Assembly (NCBI GenBank): GCA_016218625.1 | Contig: JACRDL010000065.1 | Location: 1,521-65,520, forward strand | Source of the DNA: Elusimicrobiota bacterium | GTDB lineage: Bacteria > Elusimicrobiota > UBA8919 | Direction: 5' to 3' | Length of the DNA: 64,000 nucleotides | Part shown: positions 27,638 through 36,854 of the stretch, piece after piece | Numbering within the stretch: the stretch's first letter is position 1 | Layout: each line of letters starts with the position of its first letter | Position numbers and translations under genes: made by a program | The notes under the pieces: model-generated | Told to the model about the DNA's origin: nothing | The model's input: only the letters and a program-made list of their open reading frames with translations | The model's database searches: none

Positions 27638-27646
27638 ACCCCCCCT

Positions 27647-30600
27647 TTATTCTCCGAATAGTTGCTTAAATATGTTTTTTTTCTCGCTTCCTTTTGGTTT
27701 ATCAGTCTCTGCTTTTTTCTGCTGTTCTTTTAATTGCCATTCTATCCGTTTCTTTAACATCTCGTTTTCTTTAATTACTGCTTGATACTTAATCTGCCAA
27801 TGTGATTCACCTAATAGTAACTGTTTTTTAAATGATGTTATTTCTTTTTCTAAATCGTCGGTTTTTTTAACCAAGCGTTTTTTTTGTTCTTCTATCTCGT
27901 GCTGGACAACTTTTTCTACTTCTTTGTCTTTGTATTGTAATTTCTGGTTAAATTCTTTTCTTTCATCTTCAATTCTCTTTTTCCATGTTTCAATTTCCTG
28001 CTCCAGCGTAGATTCTACTGATTTTTTTTCTTGCTGAATATTATATATCTTTTCGTTCAGGACTATTCGCTCTTCATTCATTTTTTTGTGCGTCATTTCC
28101 AGTTCGGTTCCAAGTTGCTGGAGCCGGCTTACAAGTTGCTGTTCTCTCTGTTCCATTTTTTCGATATATTTGTCTTTCTCTTCTTGCTGATTTTTAAGCA
28201 TTTGCTGAAATTTCTGTTTCTCAGCACCGACTTCTTCTTTCAACTTTACTGCTTGTAATTGCTCTGTCTGCAATTGTTCCTTAACCGCTTTGAGCATCTG
28301 CTCGCGTTTTTCTATTCCAATCTGTAAATTAGAATCTTTCTGTACTATTTCTGTTCCTAATTCGCCCTGCCGTTTTATGCCTTCTTCTATAATACACTTT
28401 AATCTGTTTATCTCAGACCTTAACTCATCTATTGTCCGCTTCTTCTCTTCAAACCCTTTTTGCCACCGCTCGTCGTTTTGCTTAAATTCCTGTACGAGTG
28501 ATGCTTTATCTCTTTCAATATCATCTATTTTGTTTTTCAAACTATTCATCTTTCGTTCATTCTCTTCTTTCTCTATTTGATATTGTGCTGCCTTTTCACG
28601 TTCAGCCAAAATTATGCCGCCTAACTTGTTTAATCCTTCTCCTGCTCTACTTATCTCATCTTGTAATTGCTTTATCTTCTGTTCAAAACCCTGAACGATA
28701 GAACCCTTTTCTCTTTCAAAGTTATCTTGTTCCTCTGATAACTCTTTTTTTAACTGCGAACTCTCTAACTCAACTGATTGTAATTTCTCGCCCAGCAGTT
28801 TTATTGCTTGCTCTTTTTTTTGCATCTCGGTTTGAAGTTGGAAATTCTGCTGTAACATCTCTGTTTCTAATAATTTTTTTTCTTCTATCTTGCTCTCTAA
28901 ATTTTTCTCTAATTCCGCCGTTTTATTTTTTAATATATTTATCTCTTCCTGTTTTTTTTGTAAATTGGTTTGCAGTTCTTTTTCATTAGTAATTCTACTC
29001 GCTTCCCATTTAATTTGTTTTTCTTCTAATTGTTTATTTAATTTTCTTATTTCGTCTTCCTTAAAATTAAACTTTGTAATCCACTGATTATTATTTTCAA
29101 GAACTTGTTTTTTTAGAATATTGATTTCCACATCTTTGTTTTCTATCGTTGTTTTAAATTCCTTTATATTTATCTCTTTTTCATCAATGATATGTTGTTC
29201 AGTGTTTATTTTTTGCTGAAACACTGCGATTTCATTTTGTAATTGATGTATTTGTGTTAATAGTTTCTCTTTTTCACCCTTGAATTCAGTTTTTAATTCG
29301 GTTGCGTTTAACTGTTCCGTTTGTAATTGGTCGCCTAATGCTTTGATTATCTGGTCTCGCTTCTGAATTTCAATCTTTATCTGTGCATCCTTCTGTAACA
29401 TCTGTGACCCTAACTCGCCTTTTTGTTTGATATTTTCCTCTATCGTTTTCTTCAATTTATTTATTTCATTCCGTAATTCCTCTATTGTTTGCTTCTTCTC
29501 TTCAAACCCTTTTCGCCACCGCTCATCGTTCTGCTTAATCTCTTGTAAAAGTGTCTCTTTTTCCTGCCCCATCTTCACTATCTGTCCAGTCAAACGGCTT
29601 ATTTCTTTCTCTTTTGTTTCATGCTCTACACACCATTGCGAGACCTTCTGCACTAACTCCAAATCTAATTCTGCCCGTTGTTCGTCCAGTTTTTTTATCT
29701 TTACTTGCCAATCTCTGTTATGTTCTTCTAATGTTTTATTAAAGGTCTCACCCGCTTCTTTTATCTGTTTTTTTAATGTTTCTATCTCCAGTTCCTTTTG
29801 TTGAATCGTCGCCTGAAATTGAACCGTAAACTCGGCCTTCTCCTTTGTAGATTTCTCTCGCTCTTTAAAAATTAGTGCGTCTAACTTGTTTATGTCCGCT
29901 TTCTCACGCTCTAACTTTTCTTGTAATTGTTTCTCTCGCTCTTCAAAACTTTGTATAAGTGAACTTTTTTCTTTCTCAAATGAAGCCCGTAATTGTTTCT
30001 CTTTTTCATCGAATTTCTGGATCTTTTCGTTGAACTCTTTTTTTAACTGCGGACTCTCTAACTCAACTAATTGTAGTTTCTCGCCCAGCAATTTTATCGC
30101 TTGCTCTTTTTTCTGCAACTCGGTTTGAAGTTGGAATTTCTGCTGCAACATTTCCGTCTCTAACACGCTTTTTTCTTTTATTATAGCACCGAGATTTTTA
30201 TGTGTTTCGTTTAATTCTTTCCGCAGTTCATCAATTTCTTGCTGTCTGTTTTGTAGACCTTCCTGCCAGCGGGTTTCTTTTTGAACAAATTTTTCAATAA
30301 GTGAGTCCTTCTCTTTTTCAAAATTATCCTGCAACTCTGTTTCACGAATTCTGAGTTTTCCTAATGATTCAACCCGTATTTCTTCCCGCTGTCTATCCAG
30401 TTTTCTAATTTCGCCTTCTTTTAATTGAAATACATCCTGCCAGTTTTTGTTGTTCTCTAAAATCTGATTTTTCAGATTCTGGATTTCATTATTTTTATGT
30501 TTTATATTCTCCTCTAATTCTTCTATCTGTTGTCTGAATGGTATCTGTATGTTTTTAATTTCTGTTTCCGACTCCGCCAGTTTTTGGTTTATTTGAATCT

Positions 30601-30826
30601 GTTGCTCTTTAATTTTTTGAATCTCATCTGCCCAATGTGTTAGTTTTTCTTCTAATTCTTTAACTATATCTGACAGTATCCTTTTAATATTGGTGGCAAC
30701 TGCAAAGGCACGAATATCAGAATCTGTTTTCCCGATTATTCTTTCTTCAGTGTAACCAAAACCAGTTTTCATTTTGGTTTTTATTTCTGATAATAAAGCG
30801 TCTATTTCGTCCTTATATTTTTCCAT
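27647..30826 (-). CDS. Giant coiled-coil protein (1059 aa), rich in E/K/Q and internally duplicated, function unknown
   Basis: Heptad-rich sequence throughout, with no TM segments or recognisable enzymatic motifs. Two long modules are duplicated (IKQNDERWRKGFEEKKQTIEELRNEINKLK… versus FKQNDERWQKGFEEKKRTIDELRSEINRLK…; LETEMLQQKFQLQTELQKKEQAIKLLGEKLQLVELESPQLKKEF versus LETEMLQQNFQLQTEMQKKEQAIKLLGEKLQSVELESSQLKKEL). A GGGGGA SD-like motif lies upstream of the ATG. Confidence 0.8.
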   Translation of the reverse strand: MEKYKDEIDALLSEIKTKMKTGFGYTEERIIGKTDSDIRAFAVATNIKRILSDIVKELEEKLTHWADEIQKIKEQQIQINQKLAESETEIKNIQIPFRQQIEELEENIKHKNNEIQNLKNQILENNKNWQDVFQLKEGEIRKLDRQREEIRVESLGKLRIRETELQDNFEKEKDSLIEKFVQKETRWQEGLQNRQQEIDELRKELNETHKNLGAIIKEKSVLETEMLQQKFQLQTELQKKEQAIKLLGEKLQLVELESPQLKKEFNEKIQKFDEKEKQLRASFEKEKSSLIQSFEEREKQLQEKLEREKADINKLDALIFKEREKSTKEKAEFTVQFQATIQQKELEIETLKKQIKEAGETFNKTLEEHNRDWQVKIKKLDEQRAELDLELVQKVSQWCVEHETKEKEISRLTGQIVKMGQEKETLLQEIKQNDERWRKGFEEKKQTIEELRNEINKLKKTIEENIKQKGELGSQMLQKDAQIKIEIQKRDQIIKALGDQLQTEQLNATELKTEFKGEKEKLLTQIHQLQNEIAVFQQKINTEQHIIDEKEINIKEFKTTIENKDVEINILKKQVLENNNQWITKFNFKEDEIRKLNKQLEEKQIKWEASRITNEKELQTNLQKKQEEINILKNKTAELEKNLESKIEEKKLLETEMLQQNFQLQTEMQKKEQAIKLLGEKLQSVELESSQLKKELSEEQDNFEREKGSIVQGFEQKIKQLQDEISRAGEGLNKLGGIILAEREKAAQYQIEKEENERKMNSLKNKIDDIERDKASLVQEFKQNDERWQKGFEEKKRTIDELRSEINRLKCIIEEGIKRQGELGTEIVQKDSNLQIGIEKREQMLKAVKEQLQTEQLQAVKLKEEVGAEKQKFQQMLKNQQEEKDKYIEKMEQREQQLVSRLQQLGTELEMTHKKMNEERIVLNEKIYNIQQEKKSVESTLEQEIETWKKRIEDERKEFNQKLQYKDKEVEKVVQHEIEEQKKRLVKKTDDLEKEITSFKKQLLLGESHWQIKYQAVIKENEMLKKRIEWQLKEQQKKAETDKPKGSEKKNIFKQLFGE

Positions 30827-30861
30827 ATCCTACATCCCCCAACACCCCTCTTGTTCTGTAA

Positions 30862-30995
30862 CCACAGATTTCACGGATTTTCACAGATGACAACAAAGTT
30901 GTCATTGCGAGGGCAAAAGCCCGTGGCAATCCCATCATTAAAACCAAGATTGCTTCACTTCGTTCGCAATGACATTTCTTGTGTAATCTTGTGGT
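30862..30995. repeat. Repeat family A copy
   Basis: Matches 4951-5093, including the flanking cacagat arrays. Lies between the response regulator and the coiled-coil gene. Confidence 0.85.
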
Positions 30996-31026
30996 TGCCA
31001 TTTTTTGCATTACAAAACTATCCCTT

Positions 31027-31404
31027 TTATTCGCCCAAGACCTGTTTTACTTTTGACCATAACTGTTCAATACTATATGGTTTTTCAAGAAAAGTATCTC
31101 CTTCTGTTTTCAGTGGGGGGAAAGCAAATACTTTGGACATAAATCCTTTAATCGTAGATATAATAACCGGTATATTTTTTGTTTTTTCATTTTCTTTCAG
31201 TTTTGTGTAGACAGTAAATCCATCCATCTTAGGCATCATAATATCTAAAATTATCAAATCCGGTAGATGTTCCTGGGCTTGTTTCAATCCTTCCTCGCCA
31301 TTTCTTGCAATAAGTATTTCATAGCCAGCAATCTCTAAACTGGTCTTCAGAAGTTCTACAGTTTCTTCAGTATCGTCACAAAGTAATACAAGTTTTTTAG
31401 CCAT
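31027..31404 (-). CDS. Single-domain response regulator (CheY-like receiver)
   Basis: 125 aa with D-D…D(54-like) in LIILDIMMPKMDGF, plus T and K. Overlaps the acsC stop by 8 nt, so it is co-transcribed with acsC. Confidence 0.8.
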   Translation of the reverse strand: MAKKLVLLCDDTEETVELLKTSLEIAGYEILIARNGEEGLKQAQEHLPDLIILDIMMPKMDGFTVYTKLKENEKTKNIPVIISTIKGFMSKVFAFPPLKTEGDTFLEKPYSIEQLWSKVKQVLGE

Positions 31405-32719
31405 TTTGCTTCCAAACCGTTTTCAGATATTTTGGAATGCCTGATGCCTCTTTCGGACCGACGAGCACCTGCCAGCCGGTAGTATCTTCAAGTTTCCCGC
31501 TCATAACCGAAACATAACCGGGAATGATTATTTTTTTATGGCTGACTTTATTTGCAACTTCTGTTTTTTTCATCCAGGTATCAACGATTTCAGCATTGAA
31601 CTTGTCTGCAGCCCATGCGGTTAAAACCGACATACCCTCAGCATCGCAAACCAAAAGCCACGCCGGAATTTTTGAGTTCTCTATTTCAGGTGAGACGGTA
31701 AAAAATGTTAAAGAAAAATTTGTAGTAACCAAAAGCGGCGATTTATCGTCGGGTGTACCGATAGAATAAAGTTTGGGCTCCATCATTATTGGTTTTTGTG
31801 GGTCGGTGTAAATATTCAGACGAAGCGTAACCAGAGGCAGAATTTCTTCGACTTTGTCCATCTCAACGACGAGCACACCTGCGTATTTTACGATGTAGGT
31901 AGATGCTTCAAAGGCATCGTTTGCAAATGCGATTAAAGGATAACCGAGCGGCCTAAAATTTTTTTTCAATGCAAAACGCCTGGCTTGAGTAAAATCCTGA
32001 ACGCATTTTGAAACATCGCGGCAGCTCAAGTCAAGCACAATGTCCTTAACTCCCGCCGATGAAACCTTCTGCGAAAGAGCAGCTGTTTCTTCAATATTTT
32101 TTCCGCAAACACACAGAGGAATATTATATTTTTTTGCGAGCGCGGTCATCTGCTCGGAATTTTTTTCGTTTGCGCAATAGATAAGCGGCCTTTTTTGCGA
32201 AAGATTTTTTAGTGCTTCATCAATTGCCACCGGGTTTTCGCTGATTAAAACAAGAGGCAGTCCGGTTTTTTCGGATAACTCTTTTGAGACCGAAGCGAAT
32301 TTTTCGGCATTATTTGTTTCATTTTTTACGGCAATCATATCAACGCCAACCATCATTCCCACCCGTTCAAAATTCAATTTTTTTATTCTTTCAATTTTTG
32401 CTGAAAGATTTTGTTCATTGTCTGAAATTGAAACAGCAATCGCCGTTGGATGAAAGAAAGTTTTTTCGTGCCTGAACAGAACCGTTTCGCCGCCGACTTC
32501 AACTTTTCTATCACCCTCTCCGATAGTAATCGTTGCCATTGGCGGAAGTGAAGCGGACTCCAATAGTTGTTTTGCTTGTTCGCTTACATCCGGGCATTTT
32601 GACAGTTCTGTTTTTTTTCCGGCGAGCGCCATCGCAAACGCAAGACAGGTCGGAAACCCGCATTTTTTACAATTTGTTTTAGGTAAATTTTTGTAAATAT
32701 CAAGCCCCGACAGTGCCAT
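31397..32719 (-). CDS. acsC: Corrinoid iron-sulfur protein large subunit
   Basis: N-terminal 4Fe-4S motif CKKCGFPTCLAFAMAL, followed by TIM-barrel and B12-binding regions. 440 aa. Confidence 0.85.
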   Translation of the reverse strand: MALSGLDIYKNLPKTNCKKCGFPTCLAFAMALAGKKTELSKCPDVSEQAKQLLESASLPPMATITIGEGDRKVEVGGETVLFRHEKTFFHPTAIAVSISDNEQNLSAKIERIKKLNFERVGMMVGVDMIAVKNETNNAEKFASVSKELSEKTGLPLVLISENPVAIDEALKNLSQKRPLIYCANEKNSEQMTALAKKYNIPLCVCGKNIEETAALSQKVSSAGVKDIVLDLSCRDVSKCVQDFTQARRFALKKNFRPLGYPLIAFANDAFEASTYIVKYAGVLVVEMDKVEEILPLVTLRLNIYTDPQKPIMMEPKLYSIGTPDDKSPLLVTTNFSLTFFTVSPEIENSKIPAWLLVCDAEGMSVLTAWAADKFNAEIVDTWMKKTEVANKVSHKKIIIPGYVSVMSGKLEDTTGWQVLVGPKEASGIPKYLKTVWKQNG

Positions 32720-32748
32720 AAAATTCCTCCGTTAATTAAGTAATTATA

Positions 32749-33618
32749 TTATTCTGAAAAATACTTTGATAACTTTTCCTTTAGTAAGTCATATAATCTT
32801 TTATATGGAGTTGTATTTTGAGAATTGAAAAACTCTAATAATAATTTTAGAGTTTTACCTTCTCTGAAAATCACTTTAATAATACCCTCTTCCCACAATT
32901 TTTCATTTTCCAAAATTTTACGCCAATATCTCAATTCTAATTCTTTTAATTCTTCAAAACTTTTAAGGGGTTCTTTGTCGCAATTAACTTCTGGAATTTC
33001 TGGCAAATCTTTTTTCCATTGTTTCAACCATAAAAGCATGTCGTCCCACATTTTTGGATTTTTTAGGTATTCAAAAAATTCTTCTCCATAAAATAATTTA
33101 ACTTCAATATCATAAAAGGAACTTAATCTTGTTATCTCTTGTTCATAAAAATTTTTATTTTTTGAAAGATCTGGGTCAATAAAATACATAATTCCTGTCA
33201 ATTGTTTTCCATGTTTTTTATAAAGAATTTCTAATTTTGTTTCAAAATTTGAAATTTGACCCCGTTTTTTAGTTGAGTCGTGGTCATCTCTTACTTTCTG
33301 TTCAACAAAATAAATTTTATTTAACTTGCTAAAATATTGGTCTATTGATAAATTTTCGCCTTTTTCATTAGTAATATTCTTATCAAGTATTGTATAATCC
33401 CAATCTCTTAAAATTTTTTTAATTAATTCTTCAAGTGCATCGCCAAATCTAATTTCGTGTGACTGTAACAAATTCTGAAGAACTTTTGTTCCCGGTTTTG
33501 TAGGTCTGAATAAACCAATAAATCGTTCTGGCCAATCTGCAATCTTTTTTAACAACTCATTCTTTTCTTTACTAAACAAATGCTCATTCAAAATTTTAGC
33601 AAAATTTTCATAATTCAT
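32749..33618 (-). CDS. Hypothetical protein, candidate restriction endonuclease partnering the adjacent methyltransferase
   Basis: 289 aa with no recognisable family. A possible PD-(D/E)xK-like D…(E/V)EQK arrangement is present (SIDQYF…YFVEQKVRDD). It lies on the same strand 18 bp downstream of a Type II-like MTase, forming a two-gene islet between acsB and acsC. Confidence 0.35.
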   Translation of the reverse strand: MNYENFAKILNEHLFSKEKNELLKKIADWPERFIGLFRPTKPGTKVLQNLLQSHEIRFGDALEELIKKILRDWDYTILDKNITNEKGENLSIDQYFSKLNKIYFVEQKVRDDHDSTKKRGQISNFETKLEILYKKHGKQLTGIMYFIDPDLSKNKNFYEQEITRLSSFYDIEVKLFYGEEFFEYLKNPKMWDDMLLWLKQWKKDLPEIPEVNCDKEPLKSFEELKELELRYWRKILENEKLWEEGIIKVIFREGKTLKLLLEFFNSQNTTPYKRLYDLLKEKLSKYFSE

Positions 33619-33635
33619 AATAAATCACCCCTCAA

Positions 33636-34535
33636 CTATGTTTTTACTAATATTTTATTTTCACTCTTTCTACTAACAAACAAGTCATCATCTAATTCTT
33701 TTAATCGTTTATTTATAACTTCAATATATTTATGTTCTTTTTCAATCATTATGTAATTTCTTCCAAATTTTTTGGCTATATATCCTGTCGTGCCTGTACC
33801 CGCAAATGGGTCTAACACAATATCGCCTTCTTTACTCGTTGCTAAAATAATTCTGGTAAGTAACTTTTCTGGCTTTTGCGTGGAATGAACTTTTTGACCG
33901 TTTTCATCTTTTATTCTTTCATCACCGGTACAAAGTGAAAAATACCAATCACTTCTCATCTGTTTCCCGTTATTCATTTCTTTCATCAATTTATAATTAA
34001 ACGTATATTTTTTGGAATATTTGTCCTTTGTCGCCCAAATAAGTGTTTCATGTGCATTAGTAAAACGAACCCCACGAAAATTTGGCATCGGATTTGTTTT
34101 TATCCATACAACATCATTTAATATCCAAAATCCTAAATCTTGCATCACTTTTCCAACTCTAAAAATATTATGATATGCACCAATAACCCAGATTGTACCT
34201 GTTTTTTTGAGAATCCGTTGACATTCATATAACCAATTTTTGATAAATTCATCATATTCCTCAAAACTGCCAAATTTATCCCAATTATCATTAACTCCAT
34301 TAACAATTGAATTATTTGGTCTTATTAGAATATTTTGTAACTGTAAATTGTACGGTGGGTCGGCAAAAATCAAATCAATAGAATTATCAGGAATTGCTTT
34401 CATTACTTCAGTACAATTACCTTCAATAATTTTATTTGTGAAATCACTAACATTCTTTGTAAATGTTTTTGCATCGTAAATCACAATATTACTTTTCATT
34501 AACAACGGCTTTTTTCCTTTTTTCTTTTTATACAT
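33636..34535 (-). CDS. DNA methyltransferase, beta-class (N6-adenine or N4-cytosine)
   Basis: The DPPYN motif IV precedes the FAGTGTTG motif I, which is the circularly permuted beta-class order. 299 aa. Confidence 0.85.
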   Translation of the reverse strand: MYKKKKGKKPLLMKSNIVIYDAKTFTKNVSDFTNKIIEGNCTEVMKAIPDNSIDLIFADPPYNLQLQNILIRPNNSIVNGVNDNWDKFGSFEEYDEFIKNWLYECQRILKKTGTIWVIGAYHNIFRVGKVMQDLGFWILNDVVWIKTNPMPNFRGVRFTNAHETLIWATKDKYSKKYTFNYKLMKEMNNGKQMRSDWYFSLCTGDERIKDENGQKVHSTQKPEKLLTRIILATSKEGDIVLDPFAGTGTTGYIAKKFGRNYIMIEKEHKYIEVINKRLKELDDDLFVSRKSENKILVKT

Positions 34536-34662
34536 TTTATTTCCTTTTTATATCTTCAAATCTGTTTCGCATTTTTTAGATTTAAGCAAGCCAAGGGCTT
34601 GCAACTACAATTAATGGGCGAATAAATTCGCCACTACATTCATTGGCGAGAAAACCTCGCAA

Positions 34663-36840
34663 CTACATTAAGGGCTCTATTGTAAGTGCCGGATGGTTCA
34701 CTTTCTGTAAAAATTCTAAAAGTTTTTCGGTGTCAGTCGCAATTGTTTCATCTGCAATTTTGTCAAGAAAATCCGGGATATCTTCTTCTTCGCTGCGCTT
34801 TTTAAGTTTCCCGGAAATTGCTTCTTTAAGTTCTTTCGGCATCCATACAATTCTTTTTAATCCGCCGTCGGCTTTTATGAATTTTTTAGATGTGATATAA
34901 AGCCGTCCGAAACCCATAAATCCAGGTGTTTGATTCCCGCCGCCGACGGAACCGGCAAGAGTGGAAAATGTCATCCCGAGCGGCGTCATTCCCGAATACT
35001 CGCGGTTGACAACCATAAATCCGTTCGCCTCGGGAACAATAGCCCCTATGCACTCAAAACAACCGCAACTTGTCTCAGGCCAGGTCATAATTGAGTATCC
35101 GTGAAATCGTTCAAGATGACCGTTTGATTTTATTTTCACCCAATCGTTAATGCCCTGCCATTCGCCGCGAGATTCATCAAGCATCGTGCCTTTTTTCACC
35201 GGCTGGTTAGGACCTGTCGGATTTATCTCAAAAGACGCTTTACAGTCAAGCCAATTGTAAGCGCCGCAAAGCCCGAGACGCTCCGGTTTTACGATGCACA
35301 GATGATTTGGCGCAAACGATTGACAAAGCGTACAGGAATAAAATGTATCAACCGATTCGTCGGTCATAGCGCCAATTCTTTCGTCGCGAAATTTATATGA
35401 TTCACGGGCAGAAGGTAAAAGTTTTTCTATATCCTCTTGTTTTGTATAAATTATTACCCGAACTTTGTCAACTATCGCTCCAAAAACCTCGTGAACTCTC
35501 GCGTGGATTATAGTGCCGAGGTGTTTCAACTTAAAGCCCTTTGATTTTGCTTCTTTGGAAATCCTCAGCCATATCAGATCTCGCTGGCCGGTATGCATTA
35601 TTCCCTGCGCCTCGTTCAAAAATGTATGAATCTGCCTTTCAACAATTGACTCAAACTCTTTCTGCATTTTTCTGCCGGCAACTTCAACATAAATTCCCAA
35701 CGGAACTGCAGAACCTTCTTGAACATCATCAATTTCATGACCTATAACTTCAAATTTACCGTCTTCAATCTCGTCAGTATTTTTCATCGTTGCATATTCA
35801 AATGCTGTTGAGTACCTGCTTCCTGCTTCAAGATATGTCTGAGTTTTGCGAATTCTTTCACCTTCAAATGCTGCGGAATATGCAACAGGAATCGGTATTT
35901 CTGAAACCTTTACTTTTACACCTCTAACCTCAATACATCTTGGAACGATTTTTTTGTAATCAAGTTCGGAAACCAGATGTTCATATGTGCAAATACCGGT
36001 CGGCAAAATTTCAGGAATATCAGTATCGGCAATTATTGGAAATCCCATGTTTATTGCGCCGGCGCCGGTCGCATATTTAATATCATCAATTTCGCCGAGT
36101 GTAACTCCGAATGCAAAAACTCTGTCCTTACAGTACTTTAAACATTTTAATGCTTCGCCTTTTTTATGACCGCCGAAAGTAAGTGCTCCTCTGATAGCCC
36201 AGTTGAGAGGATAAATTCCTGTGATTGTATCTCTGCCGTAGGGAACTATGTAATTATCCCAGCCCATCTCCACATTTTCCTGTTTTAATTGGTCTATTAT
36301 AGAAACGCCGTTTGTGGAAGAACCGACGAAAGTGAGAATCTGCCTTTTCTGAAACTCACGAACGATTTCAACGGCTGTCTTGTTATCGGGTGCGGCACCC
36401 AAAATCGCGGCGAAACCCGCCATCCTTCCGTCAACGAGCTGAATTCCCAACTGCCTTAAAATCGTGTCTGAAAAAAATCCAACGCAGTCGGGTTGGGGTT
36501 CCTGTCCGTAAAGGTAGCGAAGTCCGACAATGATTTCCTCGGCAAGAATCGCTGCGACACCGGAGTCAAGAGCGTCGCCTAAATAAGGAAACCAAATTTG
36601 CTCGGTGGGCTCGTTATGCAAAAGCGACTTTGCTTCCTGCAAAACAGATTTGATATCGCCGAGCGTTTTCACTTCTACGCCCATAAGTGCATATGCCATC
36701 GGAAAATAATACGCCGTATCCGGAAACTCTATTTTCTGCGATTCGCCTTTCTCGGCGATTGCTTTGTTTAAAAAATCCTCAGCATCCTTAACAATTTTTT
36801 GGGCGCCTCTTATCGCAGCAGTAGCAACAATTTTTGACAT
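34663..36840 (-). CDS. acsB: Acetyl-CoA synthase catalytic subunit
   Basis: 725 aa. The C-terminal A-cluster region (…CTLCQSFAPNHLCIVKPERLGLCGAYNW…CGCFECIGA…) is characteristic of ACS. Confidence 0.9.
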   Translation of the reverse strand: MSKIVATAAIRGAQKIVKDAEDFLNKAIAEKGESQKIEFPDTAYYFPMAYALMGVEVKTLGDIKSVLQEAKSLLHNEPTEQIWFPYLGDALDSGVAAILAEEIIVGLRYLYGQEPQPDCVGFFSDTILRQLGIQLVDGRMAGFAAILGAAPDNKTAVEIVREFQKRQILTFVGSSTNGVSIIDQLKQENVEMGWDNYIVPYGRDTITGIYPLNWAIRGALTFGGHKKGEALKCLKYCKDRVFAFGVTLGEIDDIKYATGAGAINMGFPIIADTDIPEILPTGICTYEHLVSELDYKKIVPRCIEVRGVKVKVSEIPIPVAYSAAFEGERIRKTQTYLEAGSRYSTAFEYATMKNTDEIEDGKFEVIGHEIDDVQEGSAVPLGIYVEVAGRKMQKEFESIVERQIHTFLNEAQGIMHTGQRDLIWLRISKEAKSKGFKLKHLGTIIHARVHEVFGAIVDKVRVIIYTKQEDIEKLLPSARESYKFRDERIGAMTDESVDTFYSCTLCQSFAPNHLCIVKPERLGLCGAYNWLDCKASFEINPTGPNQPVKKGTMLDESRGEWQGINDWVKIKSNGHLERFHGYSIMTWPETSCGCFECIGAIVPEANGFMVVNREYSGMTPLGMTFSTLAGSVGGGNQTPGFMGFGRLYITSKKFIKADGGLKRIVWMPKELKEAISGKLKKRSEEEDIPDFLDKIADETIATDTEKLLEFLQKVNHPALTIEPLM

Positions 36841-36854
36841 CTCGGGACCTCCGG

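Noticed and set aside
27647-30826. Interpreting the coiled-coil gene as an SMC/MukB-type ATPase or an M-protein-like surface protein
   Set aside because: There is no Walker A/B head, no hinge, no signal peptide, no LPxTG motif and no TM segment. The whole length is heptad repeat, so I left the function open.
30813-31010. 65-aa minus-strand ORF (MQKMATTRLHKKCHCERSEAIL…)
   Set aside because: It lies entirely within a repeat family A copy. It is a translation of the palindromic repeat, not a gene.
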